63,590 bases of DNA, filler included, from Basidiobolus ranarum (GCA_040143965.1; 20 parts of 20 records of this genome joined end to end with filler, not necessarily neighbours in it); one strand, 5' to 3'; numbered from the whole stretch's first letter, positions 38,276 through 50,830 are shown. Numbers and translations: made by a program. Notes: generated by a model not told the origin, from the letters alone.

Positions 38276-39120
38276 CCTACTCTCTACCATAACATAGCAA
38301 CCCACTGCTATTCCCAAGACATATATTAGTTAGATCTGCTCTGCTGATATATCCTGCTTAAACAGTTCTAAGATTCTGCACTTAACAGTTTCTTTGGTTC
38401 AGCAAAGTTCAAGACTTTTTATCCACTTTTCTCTTGAACACAACAATAGAGAGTTCTTTTCTCTGCTTCTTGTGAAAGACACCAATAGCTTCTGGCTGTC
38501 CCATTGGCTCTATTTCTTTCCCTGTAACAATCCGCATAGGTCTCTGTTTTTTGGTACCATCTGCATCTTGACCTTCCAAAGGTGCAAGTTTTTCTCATCA
38601 AACTTCTCTGTGAAGGCTAAAACATTGATATTAGTACTGGTAGACATTGCTTTAACAGCCAGCTTGGGGTTCATAACCTGATAAGAATATATAGGGGATT
38701 TGGAAGAACTTTTAACAAGATTTGGATTGGTACACAGCACCACAAGAATAGATGACTAATTCTGATAAAGGAAAATATGTTTGGATAGAAAGATAGATAG
38801 ATAGATAGATAAGTGGGCCATGAATCAGCTTAAGTCTTGCAGTGAAAGAGCATTGTTTATCATTATTTCAACTCATAATGACTTTGTGTCTGAGAAGATG
38901 ACTAGGAGATTTATAGGGATTGGATAATGAACATGTGATTGGTCATATGACTTGACACATGGGAAAAGAGAGCAGATATTTAGTCATGTGAATAGTTGCA
39001 TAATAGATTTGCTTGATAAGGTCAGGTGACTAGCTAGCAAGCATAATAAACTAACTGATGTACATGCAAGTTTTATAGATATGACATAAGTTAAGCAACT
39101 TTGTATGTTGGTGCAAAACA
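38276..39120 (-). mobile_element. LTR family E pieces interrupted by a copia LTR-D end/PBS/gag fragment
   Basis: Homology to 59611-60342; PBS at 38678-38667; LHLWKVKMQM. Confidence 0.7.
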
Positions 39121-40200
39121 TGTATCACATCTATACACCAATGCTTTGGCAGACAGTGAGAACTGCTCTTGTGCACATGCCTATAGCTGGCAACACAAAG
39201 CACCATGTTGCTGCCAGGGATGACTATAGTGATTGGATGGAAGTTAGATCATCAATAACTAACAAAAAAGTAATGGTTTTCAAGTTTATCTTGTAAGACC
39301 TTTTTACCAGTATGGTGCCATCAGACAATTCACAGCTGACTGGGGGAGATGATGTTGTAGCTGGTCCAGGACCTATATCTCAGGCATCACTAATATATAG
39401 TACATATTACAGCTTATCATCCAGAGGCAAATGGCCTGAAAGATAGAGGACAGGAATCCTTGGTGAACTCAATGGTGAAATCCTGCCATGACAAAGAGCA
39501 ACTTTGGGCATAGAAGCAGCACGTAGCCCTATGGGCTGACAGGATCAGTGCCAAGAGAACAACTAGAATGTCACCATAAAGACTGATATATGAGCATGAA
39601 TCCATTCTGCCCATTAAAATTGAAAACACTTATTAGAAAACTTTAAATTGTAAGAGTAACATGACCACAAAGGAATTTCTCATCAATCAAATAGCTTAAA
39701 CTGATAGACACCATTTTGATGTTTAAAAAGCTGCTGAGCAACTGAGGAAAGCCATTAATGCTAACAAGGACTACTTTGATAAGAACTATCTATCCCAAAA
39801 ACACCATTAGAAGTTGACACTCTTGGACTAAAAAAAGAATCTACTCTGGAAAAACCATGGAACAAGCAGTTCGCATCCAATGAAGATGCCCATACAAGTT
39901 TGTTAAACTTGTGTGCAATGGAAGTTGATATGCAACTAAACTTGAAGAGATGGAACTCAGACTTTCACAGGCAAGGAACTGACTTAATTGGACTTGTTCT
40001 CTGTGATAGTGCCAAATTGTGCTGTAAATATCATATTGGATAAATTGTTCTAAAATTTATGCGGCACAATTTGGCACTATCCAGCACCCTCTGGCATGAT
40101 CAATTTCAATCACACTTACTCTAATATATTGATCCAAGGTCCGATAAATCCTGGCACAATGGAACAAGTCCAGTTATTCAAGACTACAGATAATAACTCT
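39121..40200 (+). mobile_element. Degenerate gypsy integrase
   Basis: VAARDDYSDWMEVR, TAYHPEANG and ALWADRIS..RTT.MSP..LIY motifs. Confidence 0.82.
39990..40171. mobile_element. 182-bp MITE of family G inserted in the gypsy integrase
   Basis: TIR GGACTTGTTC/GAACAAGTCC; flanks ATT/AGT; long internal inverted repeat. Confidence 0.8.
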
Positions 40201-41172
40201 ACCTGCTGAGTTTAATTTTTCACAGTAGTTCAAAATGCAGCAGAGAGTTTATATAGTGAGGGAGCATTGCTACCCACAGCCAGGTTATCATATCTCCATT
40301 CCTAACTCAAATCATTATCATGCCACTATTTGTGCTTTATTATCTATATTTGACTTGCTCATATTTTCCAGCTATTCAAATAATGCAATTAGTGCTGAAA
40401 ATATCATTGCCTAAACACCTGTGTAGTCATGTATTAGCTGAATGCATAGTTTTCTTTTATTTCTCTAAGATATTATCATTATTCTTAATTGGAACTTACT
40501 TAAGGTTGTACTCTTTATAATATCTACTTTGCAAAATTTTGAAGCTTTTCCCTCTTCTGAGAATTAGATGGAACCAATTATCAAGTTTGGAAAATGAAAA
40601 TGCCTTGGCAAGAAGATGCACCTTTGAAGACTGTTGCATCTAAAGAAATCAATGTAAAACTATCTGAGACCAAAGTTTAACTCCAGGTTAAAAAAGAAAA
40701 AGGGCCTTTAACAAAATTTGTCTTAATGCAAAAGACATATTGCTAATTCAATGCTCAAGAGTCAAAACTGCTAAGAAGCTTTTGAAAGTGTTGGAAGCCA
40801 CCTACCAAACATGGCAAGATCAATGAAATATGCATAAAATATATGCCAGAATTTTTGGATCAAATCTGTTGCTGCAGCTATATTTCTCTTGAACAGGAGT
40901 CTTTCTAGAAGTCAATCTAACTTTGCACCAAATTAAGCTTGGTTTGGAGCTAAACCTCATGTAAAACATTTGTAGATCTTTGGATGCATTGCTTATGTCA
41001 AGATTTTGACCAATGATTTGTCTAACTCTGCTCCAAAAAGTAAAAAATGCATATTTCTGGATTATTTTACTCAAACAAAGGCCTACAGACTATCTGATAC
41101 CAAAGCTTCACAGTGGACTTGTTCCATTGTGCCAGGATTTATCGGACATTGGATCAATATATTAGAGTAAAT

Positions 41173-41356
41173 CCCTAACAGAAATTTGAGGATTGTTATT
41201 GTAGGAAAACCGTAACAATTTTAATCCATTTGGGGTTGACCGTTTACTTACCGTCATAAAAACATCAAGTTAGATTTGATTTTAATCAATTTTTTCAGTT
41301 TCAGGAGTGAAATTTCAAGATCTCGCAAAATAGTTGCAAATTATTGGCTAAAATCT
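41173..41356 (+). mobile_element. CACTA left end (young copy) inserted in a family G end
   Basis: CCCTAACAGAAATTTGAGG; CpGs retained. Confidence 0.82.
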
Positions 41357-41457
41357 NNNNNNNNNNNNNNNNNNNNNNNNNNNNNNNNNNNNNNNNNNNN
41401 TTAATTAATTAANNNNNNNNNNNNNNNNNNNNNNNNNNNNNNNNNNNNNNNNNNNNC

Positions 41458-41532
41458 TATCTGGATCGTCCCATTGTGAGCGGATCAAACTTCGATACCA
41501 AGACAGAGACTTGGTCACTACAACTGAACTAA
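41458..41532 (+). CDS. Possible 3' end of an unknown gene
   Basis: Open from the contig start: YLDRPIVSGSNFDTKTETWSLQLN*. Confidence 0.3.
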   Translation, partial: YLDRPIVSGSNFDTKTETWSLQLN

Positions 41533-41883
41533 ATGCTACTGATCACGTGCTTCATGGGGAAATTATAAATGTTTTATGTGGATGTGGTTTAAACGTTACA
41601 TGACCAAATTTTGGAAGAAAATCGAAATATTAAACTAACAGTACTCGAGGTGTGATTACCGCTAGAGGATAAAATAGAGTGTACGACAGGGGTGGGACTA
41701 TGTGGAGCAATGGGCCAAGTAAATAAAAAATGGATTCGAATGAGCCCACGCTAATGTATATACAGCCTGAGTAAATTGGAACAAACTAATACCCATGATA
41801 TATCTAAGCGACGAAAGGATGGTCGATGTATGTAATTCCAAGTATGTCAAATGATCAAGAAACCAGAGTAAAGAGCAATCTTT

Positions 41884-42705
41884 TCAAACCAACAGGTCGG
41901 GATCCGGCCACTCTAAACCGCTCATGAGTTTGTGAAAGTTATACATGGATTGTCGTTCATTTTCATTCAGTTTCTCTTCACTCTCGAAGCAGTTTTCAAT
42001 ACATTCACGTGCCAGCTGAACCAAAGCAACTTTATCTTTCTGCTCAATATTATCCTCGAATATGATATTAAGAGCATAATGTACTGCAAAAATTGCCTCA
42101 CAACCACCTTTGAATTCCAAGTATTTTGGGTTGAACGCTTGCATTTCAAGTTCAAATTTAGCAACGATGCTTTCTCGTTTTTCCCCAGGGGGCATAAACG
42201 AGTTCACAAACGAATATGTGTACAATCTATCGGCGATGGTATGGTACAACCTGTTCAAAGTGTCAGGATCCTCACCCATAGCATTTCTGGTAGGAATAAT
42301 GGCGGGGAATTGGCTCATAATCCTAGATGTAAAGTAGATGGCTCGAGCCTTGCACAAGCTTTGCTCCGGAAAAAATATATCAAAAGTATCCGATTCTTGA
42401 GTGCCTTCTTTTCGCTGTTTACTTAACAAGCGCATGGTACGGACGAAATTCCCAGAACTCCGGGGAGTGACGACAGGACTTCGTGGCATGGTCTCAAGCT
42501 GCTTGGTGTAAGTTTGGGGGGATTGTGGTGGAGTAATGGGTTTTGCTGGGTAATTTTGATAACACCTTGTGTCAGAATCCTTCATCTCAAAATCTTCCTG
42601 AAAATGAGTATAGGTTCTCTCCTCAGGGCTCGATGTCTTGGGGAGATGTGCTTTAGTTCTGTCAGTTACTCGGCGTAAGGCTTTGGTTAAACGTTTGTTC
42701 AACAT
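41884..42705 (-). CDS. Hypothetical 273-aa protein
   Basis: Intact ORF from ATG 42705 in CpG-retaining DNA; S/T-P-rich N-half and helical-looking C-half. Confidence 0.75.
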   Translation of the reverse strand: MLNKRLTKALRRVTDRTKAHLPKTSSPEERTYTHFQEDFEMKDSDTRCYQNYPAKPITPPQSPQTYTKQLETMPRSPVVTPRSSGNFVRTMRLLSKQRKEGTQESDTFDIFFPEQSLCKARAIYFTSRIMSQFPAIIPTRNAMGEDPDTLNRLYHTIADRLYTYSFVNSFMPPGEKRESIVAKFELEMQAFNPKYLEFKGGCEAIFAVHYALNIIFEDNIEQKDKVALVQLARECIENCFESEEKLNENERQSMYNFHKLMSGLEWPDPDLLV

Positions 42706-43777
42706 TTTGTTAGGTATTGAGAAGTTTTCTTGCAAGTTTTATAGGGAAGTTAAGGTATGTAGTCTTCAGTGGAGCAAAAATATTTCTAATGGGTAATTGT
42801 AAACTCAGAATAAAAAGAAAAACTGCAGCCACTTTTTTACGCAAGACTATGAGTAAACTGATGGTTTAGAAATTTGGTGTTACCGAAGGGTTGGTTATAA
42901 TGAACGAATAAGAAGCAATAAATAAATTGAAAGAAGTCCACAACAAGGAATTGTTCAAAGTGCTAGGCAGATGTAAGGAATCGTGCACTACTGGAGCACG
43001 TCCATGATTTTTATAACAAAAGAATTACTCATTATCTCATAAACCTAGGCATTTCGTTTATTAAGTGGAATGTTTACATTTGCTTAATATATTCAAAATT
43101 AGACCGAATTCCGTATCCAAGATTTTTTATGTATTACATAAGCCTCATTTCCTCTTGCCACGGGACTTGTAGGGCTGGTTAGGCTCAGCTGTTGGCGAGT
43201 GTCAACGATTAACGTACATAAAATGCACACAGCGTTGTATATACACAAAGGGAGAGAGATGGAAGCGCATGTAGAGCAAAGACACTTCAAGCACACGGAT
43301 GTGAGCAGAATGAGGTTGTCTGCATAGCATGCTAATGGATGATCGAATTGTGAGGTGTTGGGATTAACTAAAAATAGATATGGCCCTTTCCTAAGAGATA
43401 CTGATGGGTGTTTACATGCCAACGTGTTTCAACTCAAGACTCTAGCCGGCATTCATTGGTCAATATATGTCCAGAGAAGGGTGGGTTTATTCATATCATA
43501 CTTAATTTGGAAGGAGCGTAGAAGTGATATCAATGGTTGTCCAAATTGGTTATTATCACAATAAATGAGGTAGGGCATTTAGCAAAAAGGTGATAGCTTG
43601 TTTATTAGCCAGTCTTACTGATCCCACGTTTGCGGCATGGTGCCTAATTAGTACCATATTGGATACTACCCTCCGTTGATCTCATTTCAGGATCCGATAG
43701 CTCGTTATATTTAATTGATACCGTACTAATGATGAAGGTCATCCAAGAATGACGAGGAAGAATCATTATGACCACAA

Positions 43778-44536
43778 CTAAACATCACCCCAGACTCGAA
43801 GGTCAGGCCAAGAAGAGGTGACGGTGGCTACAAACGACTTGGCAAGCAACCGATGCATATCAAAGGTGACATGGACGGCGTCCCAGAACATGTACTTTTC
43901 TACGTTGTCACACGGTTGGATGGGTCTTTCTGGCCTATGTAACAGGCACGGCTCATCGACAGTTTCGAAGGTCCCGTTCTTCATAGCTTCAGAGAAAGTT
44001 CCATGTACATCCCACAGAACCACGTTGCGTCGGCGTGAGAAATAGCTCACTAATGAGATGACTCCTCGATTATAAGTGTCAACAATACGCTGTAGTCGAC
44101 GTTGCTTGACTCTATCCAATGGGACTCCTGGGAATTGGTCTAATGGTGGCAGCGTAGTTAATACGGTATTCTGAACACCATGTTGTAGCAATTTATGTAC
44201 TGATTCCCGAATAGATCTAATCACTTCAGTGGGGTCTGATCCAGTGTTCTCCAAGAATTCCGCCCCAGTATAGAACAGGACTGCCAAGGAGCGCATCACC
44301 TTATCCGTAGGCATTGATACAAAATCATCGATCTGCTGAGTAATACTAGGTATGACAATGGTTGACTGCTCTGAAGCGCTGTAGGCTCGAGTTGACTCCA
44401 AGGCTATATTGATACTAGTTAGAAAGGTTCGGCGCCATCGCTTGGATAGGTTCGATGAACAAACAGTACATACCTCTACTTCCTCCATAAGCGTATGTAA
44501 AGAGTGGCAGATTTAAGGGAGGAGATACAAGCTCAG
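43778..44536 (-). CDS. SGNH/GDSL esterase (CE16/thermolabile-hemolysin-like), 5' truncated
   Basis: YAYGGS (block II); intron 44473-44404; PSITQQID, LPPLDQFP, C...C and YMFWDAVH (block V). Confidence 0.85.
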
Positions 44537-45170
44537 NNNNNNNNNNNNNNNNNNNNNNNNNNNNNNNNNNNNNNNNNNNNTTAATTAATTAANNNNNNNN
44601 NNNNNNNNNNNNNNNNNNNNNNNNNNNNNNNNNNNNTTTGAGATATTCAGGAGTTTGTGTAATAAGATATAATAGATAAGTGGGGGTAATAAGACATACT
44701 TGTTATATAGATATAGAGATATACCTATTTAGAATATAGGGGCTATATATACGTTGCTTTCTGTTTCTGATATATGTATCATAACTAAAGTTAACTATGA
44801 TGTTGAATAAAGATTAATTATCCAACACCCTCTTTGCACATGATGCTCCACTAGGATTTCCCATGCATTCTTGGCAGAGTTAGCATATCTGACTAGCATA
44901 AGTTGTTGTGATCTCAGTCTTAGACATATTTCCCTAAATGCCACTCTGTCTTTTTCTTTGAAGGTGGCTTATTTGTTTCAGTGTCAGAATCTGTACCTTC
45001 TACTTCAGAAGTTTGTTCTTCTTCATCTGGTTTAACTACTTCCCAGACATGTTTCCCTTCATGCACAAGTTGAATCTTGAATTTTCATTCACAGAAATCT
45101 TCCCCATTCAATGCTGGAATATTAGTAATCTCCTTTTGGGAAGAAGACTCTAATTCAGTTGCTGCTACCA

Positions 45171-45487
45171 TGTTGGAGGATCTTGACATAATGGGGGTAG
45201 ACTCTGTATATCAGGAGCAACATATGATAGTGAGTTTTAGTTACTTTATTCTTAAGAGTATATGGTGACTAATATAGTTGAAAAGTAAATCAATTGTTTG
45301 AGATATTCAGGAGTTTGGGTAATAAGATATAATAGATAAGTGGGGGTAATAAGACATACTTGTTATATAGATATAGAGATATTCCTATTTAGAACATAGG
45401 GGCTATGGATATGTTGCTTTCTGTTTCTGATATATTTATCATAACTAAAATTAACTAAGATGTTGTATAAAGATTAAGTATCCAACA
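45171..45487. mobile_element. LTR family H (317 bp); partial copies at 44637-44827, 50696-50830 and 61690-61748
   Basis: TGTTGGA...TCCAACA termini; repeated in three contigs. Confidence 0.75.
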
Positions 45488-47505
45488 AATATGAAAGAGT
45501 ATCAAGAGAAATACTTTGGTGAAGTCTTCCTTCAAACTGAATTATACTACAAAAGATCTTCAAAGGAGAGAAGCAGAGTGGACTCAAAGAAGTATGGATG
45601 GTAAGTAGAGATTGGTAATTCTTTAAATGAGTAACCTTTGTACAATAGTTACATTGTGGTACCAAAATACAGAAGAAAGGATCCAAATATCAAATGGTAG
45701 TTGGATCGAGCACCAACACAAGCATTTGCATTCAGGTTTCTCCTAGTAATTGACTGTCTTAGAATTATGTCCTACTGAATATTTACAAAGTCCAACAGTG
45801 TATCTTGCTTGATTCATAGCTAGAGAGTGTAGAAATATTGGTGGAGAATTAAAGTCAGCGTTAGGGTTGGAATGACCAATAAGGTACCTAGATAATTTAC
45901 CATGGTAGTTTACTGATCAAGAGTGCCCATCTGAGATAATAGTTAAACTACAGTGTTCTGATCTAACACCAATCTTGGCTTCATGCATACAGGATACAAT
46001 GGTCCTGATTAAAGTCAAATCGCCTGCTTCGATGAATCAAGATTAGACGCCACAATAAATATCTCGGTGTATTCAAAGCGGGTCGCCGTGATTGGATCCC
46101 ATTCACGTCCGCTAAACCACCAATCTTAGTCGTATTGAGATGACATGATGATGACAAAGATAAGTAAACTAACGTAGCAGCTATCTCTCTAATCACCATT
46201 CAAGGAATTGTACCTAGTGCGAGCGAATAAGCTATTGCTTACTAATAGGAAAGATAAAGGCCGACCCATACATTGAAGGTGTTATCGACCGTAGCACTTG
46301 TCTTCTCTATAATTGCTTTGTGGATATGACGTAGCATTCAGATTACGTGTTCAGCACTCTTTTAGTTTGGTATTCAGGACCTAGTAAATGTAGACCTAGC
46401 TTTGCTGTGCTCCATTGGCTCCATTCATCTGCCTCTAAATACTTGGCTACTCAATTCATCTGTCCCTAAGCGCTAACAGGATGGTCGTTTCGTGAAAACC
46501 CACAAATCGGTAGTAGATTATTTCCAAATCCGAATCTTGAAATAGGCAATAGAAAAAATGGCATACTCTTAAGCTTAAGCTTTTGAAGCAACAAGATTAT
46601 GCAAATAGTCTCGCTTCATATGTTGGACTTATGTCTGGTTTTGGAGGATGAAATGAGTCTTACTCTTGACTAAAAACATCTTTAGTGACCTGGCAGTATA
46701 TGACGCTGTCATACAGTGGCTGCAATGACACAATTATATATAAAGGAACTTCAACTGGAATGGATATTTGCTTAAAACATCAATCCAATTCAACCATATC
46801 TCATAGCTCACTTAAGCACAAGGTAGTCATCGTCACCAGAGGTACCAAAAATCTAGGAGATCTCATCAGCAGAGACTTCGGGGCCCAATTGGCTACGTTA
46901 GACTAAGAGCTGTTGCCTACGTAGGCAGTCAAAATATCTCACTCTGAAACTAAGTTGCCCATCCCAAGATCGTTGAATCTTGATTCGTATTTGTGAGGAG
47001 CTGACTAACGGTCCGTAATAGGCAACAATGGGTGTTTGAACTTCTTTTAGTAAAACACTAATATAGATAGCTCTCACTGGAGGAATGACAGAATTAACAA
47101 ATACAGGTAGTGGACCAAAAGCGTGAAGAGTCGGCAGCTGAGAAATCCATTATAAATATGCTGTCTGTTCTATCCAGTGGCGTAATACTTTGATTGTATA
47201 ACTGAATAAATATAAATAGTAGTTTAAAGTGACAAGCAAGTTTACCCAGTTCTTTTACAGTCGATAATGGGCATGCTTATGGAAGAGTTCTGAATCATGG
47301 CCGTTGTTACTTACCCTGACCGATCAATTCAATTATCAGACGAGGATGCTCCGAGAGGATATGGGTACATCTCAAAATGTAAAAGTTTATGCCATATAAA
47401 ATGCTGTCTAATATAGTTTTCGAAGATTCAGGCTAGATTTCTAATAGAAAGAGGTTTATTCTAAAAATAACAGTAACTGTGGGTATCTAAGGGGCAGTAT
47501 TTCAT

Positions 47506-47715
47506 CTAATATTTGTCATGACCACCACCGTATTTTTTACTATCATAGTCATCACCACCTCCACCATACTTCTTACCTCTCCCATGCTTGTAGTCTCCGC
47601 CGTCACCGTGCCCATCATAGTCATCATCATCACCACCACCTCTACCACCACCATATTTCTTTCCCCTTCCACCATTGCCATGTCCATCGTATTCATCATC
47701 ATCATAGTCATCACC
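47506..47715 (-). CDS. C-terminus of a Gly/Asp/Tyr/Lys/His-rich repetitive protein
   Basis: Frame absent from the track: GDDYDDDEYDGHGNGGRGKKYGGGRGGGDDDDYDGHGDGGDYKHGRGKKYGGGGDDYDSKKYGGGHDKY*. Confidence 0.8.
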   Translation of the reverse strand, partial: GDDYDDDEYDGHGNGGRGKKYGGGRGGGDDDDYDGHGDGGDYKHGRGKKYGGGGDDYDSKKYGGGHDKY

Positions 47716-47988
47716 NNNNNNNNNNNNNNNNNNNNNNNNNNNNNNNNNNNNNNNNNNNNTTAATTAATTAANNNNNNNNNNNNNNNNNNNNNNNNNNNNN
47801 NNNNNNNNNNNNNNNATGTATTCCTTGATCAGACCTCAGTCTGATCAACACCAGTTAGAAATAAAGATTCTTGCCAAAGTATCTTCCTTGCCCAGTCTTG
47901 TCTTGTCTTGTGGTCTACACCCAAGTCCTCTCCTGCCTTCTAGCCTCTTGTTGTTGTTCCCAGTACTTGTCCAGTTCCTTATTGTGAC

Positions 47989-50695
47989 AACAGTTGCCAA
48001 TCAACTGTGGTAAAGGTGTAAGAAAATCAATAAACATCTGATTGCTAAGATTTGATTGAACTCTCCACTCCTCAATAATCAAAGCTGCTTCCTTTACTAT
48101 AAGTAACATGAGTGGGCTAATGATTGCCAACAACACAGAGTCTGTAACAAAACCATTGACTTCTTCATCTTCTTCTGATATGCTACCATCAGTACTGGAA
48201 TAACCAAGAGCAACATCTAACAGCATGGCATCAAAGTTGTCAGGACTTATTGGTTTGACCAAAGTTGCATTTCTACCTACATCATGCTGGTCATATAACT
48301 GTGGTAACTCCCAGGTATCTTGACTTTTGGCAGTGTTATCAAATCTTTGAGGTAAAGCACAGCTGATGGCCTCAGTGGGCTAAACTAAAGTCAATTTGTG
48401 CACCTATTACTGTTGATATTCACCAGGCTTTGGGTTGCTGGTGGCTAAGTACAGTGACCGTGCTTGTGATTGTTTTTTTTATGAAACCTCTGGCTTTTAT
48501 AGCACAAGAATTTGTGTAAGCAATAGCAGGGCATCTTTTATTGTAGGTGTTGCAGCTTGAGAAGGAAACTGTAGAAAAAGTACACCTCCTATATAAGGGT
48601 GGTATTTTAGGTATATCCCATATATATCATCAGCTGATTCTGAGATGGTGTCACAGATGAGTCATCAAGAGATTTACAGGATATTTGCAGTAATGGATGG
48701 CAATTTTGGTTTATTAAAAGCTGTTTCTAAGTAATTTTATTATACCAAGTTTACCATCTGAGAATTTTAATGCCATTTAAAAAGTATTCAAAATCAAAAT
48801 CAAGATCAGCTTGCAAGCAAAAGCATGCTGGCACAACAGGAAAAAAACCAGCAAGAACAGAGGACTTAATTGATGAGCGCTCTAGCATTCCACTATCCAC
48901 TTTGGTAGGCATTAACATGCTGGAAACTAACTGAAGTAATGATGAAACATTAATCAATTTACCAGATCTATTCCTTTCCAGCAATAGTGTAAGTGAAGAA
49001 ATTGTAAACCCCAATTACATAGTAAATCAATAGTTGAGCAAAGTTTAACAGAAACATCATCAAGACCATCAACTTCCAAAATGGCTACTTTGCCAACTGT
49101 TGAACAATCCTGTGTAGAAAATTTGGATAGAATTCTTACAATAAGGGAATCACTGTTGAAATTAGCATTGCCTAAACACCTATATAGTCATATATAGCTT
49201 AGTACTTAGTTATATAATAACTCACTATGATATTATCAATTATTCTCAATTGGAATTTACTTGGAATATTTTTACTAACTTAGAAGTTCTCAGATATATA
49301 GATTTTTCAAACTTGTGCTAGAAGCCCCAAACTTTGCACACATGTTCCTGGGACCTTTCTTTATATATTCTACATGTTAGTTTGCTTACATCTTGACAAA
49401 ACTATAAATGTCAATTTTTACTCAATAAATCAATAAGTGAAAACCACCAATTCCTCTAATTCTCCAAACCACTTCCAACAGGCTCCCAAATACTTTAAAA
49501 TCACAGGGAGAACACTGTAATGATTTTTATTCAATCATAAGTAAAAACTACAAAGTTGCTATATAGGCCATGGCAAGCAACAAGGATGCAACATTGCAAT
49601 TGATGTAGCATGCCAAAGCAACTAGTCATCAGTTAAAGAGACACTCAACAATGATATAAGTTCTTCAGAAAGCTGTACTTGAGCTACAGCAACATGCCAC
49701 ACCTTCTGTCCATTCTCATATGGGATTTCAAGCAATCCCATACCATACATATGAATGTCACCATGACAATCTAGTAGAGCAGAATATATGTCAGACCATT
49801 AAGCCTACACAACAACCCAAAACTACTTGGGCACATGAAAGTAGAAATATCATAGGATAACTGGCAAACCAAAAGACTCTGAATGTCAGAGCTGCCATCA
49901 CTTGCTCCAATGACAAGTGGTTTAACATTTTGGAAACTGTGCAGAATCTTGCCCAAAAACACCTTGATTTGAGCTATCATGGAAAAACCAAAAACTAGGC
50001 ATTACTACGAAGGTTTTTGACTTATTTCATGTGGCTTATCCTGGGTTTTACAAGCAAATAGCAATTGGGCTAGTACAGGCCTATTCACAAAACATCTCAA
50101 AATGTATGCATGATTGACTTGGAAACAAAAGAAAAGCAGCTAAAGAAGTATTCCAGGAGCCAGAAGTTAGTAAATCCAAGGGAAAAGCCAAGGTGCCAGT
50201 GAGTTTAGGCTCTGCTGTCCCACCTACCAAATTTCTCACATCATTACAAAGATCTGCATTTCCAGAGTCAGATATACTGGCAAAAAAGTTCAATTTCACC
50301 ATTGAACCAGGTACACAAGTTGGTAGAGTGCTAAATTTGCAAGTTTATCCAGCACCTTGCACCTCTCAACAAGCCAAAACATCAGCAAGTAAAACTCATA
50401 TCTCTCCAACATCAACTGGTACTTTTCAAAGTGTTGAAATTAGCCCCAAACTTAAAGGCAAGCAAAATGCCACACAAACATCACAAAGCATCCTCAGTAG
50501 TGTTACACTACAAGGATGTATAAAAATAGTCAAAGTGCTTGAGGAGTATTTTCAAAAGTATGAAGGGGAGTGCAGCACAAGTATGCAGAAAGTGGCTTCA
50601 GAAGAAGAACATTCACCTTGACATTCAGTCTGGTGTTGACTGTGCAGATATCCGGAAAGAACTTAATACAGAGTGGCACACTATTGCAGGGTATC
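47989..50695. mobile_element. Central part of CACTA element: transposase N-terminus (-) and ORF2 (+) diverging
   Basis: Minus VKPISPDNFDAMLLDV matches 36444. Plus frame from ATG 48770 leads to the ORF2 segment shared with 35093-35656. TATATAA at ~48590 lies between them. Confidence 0.72.
49154..49499 (+). mobile_element. Solo LTR family B with 5-bp TSD ATCAC
   Basis: ATCAC at 49149-49153 and 49500-49504; homologous to 23650-23997. Confidence 0.85.
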
Positions 50696-50830
50696 TGTTG
50701 GAGGATCTTGACATAATAGGGGTAGACTTTGAGTATTAGAAGCAACTTATGATAGTGTGTTTTAGTTACTTTATTCTTAAGAGTATATGGTGACTTATAC
50801 AGTAGAAAAGTAAATCAATTGTTTGAGATA

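Noticed and set aside
41932-42426. 164-aa + strand ORF
   Set aside because: Antisense shadow of the 273-aa gene.
47502-47763. Met/Val-rich and Thr/Ile-rich ORFs in the track
   Set aside because: Alternative frames of the GGT/GAT low-complexity coding repeat.
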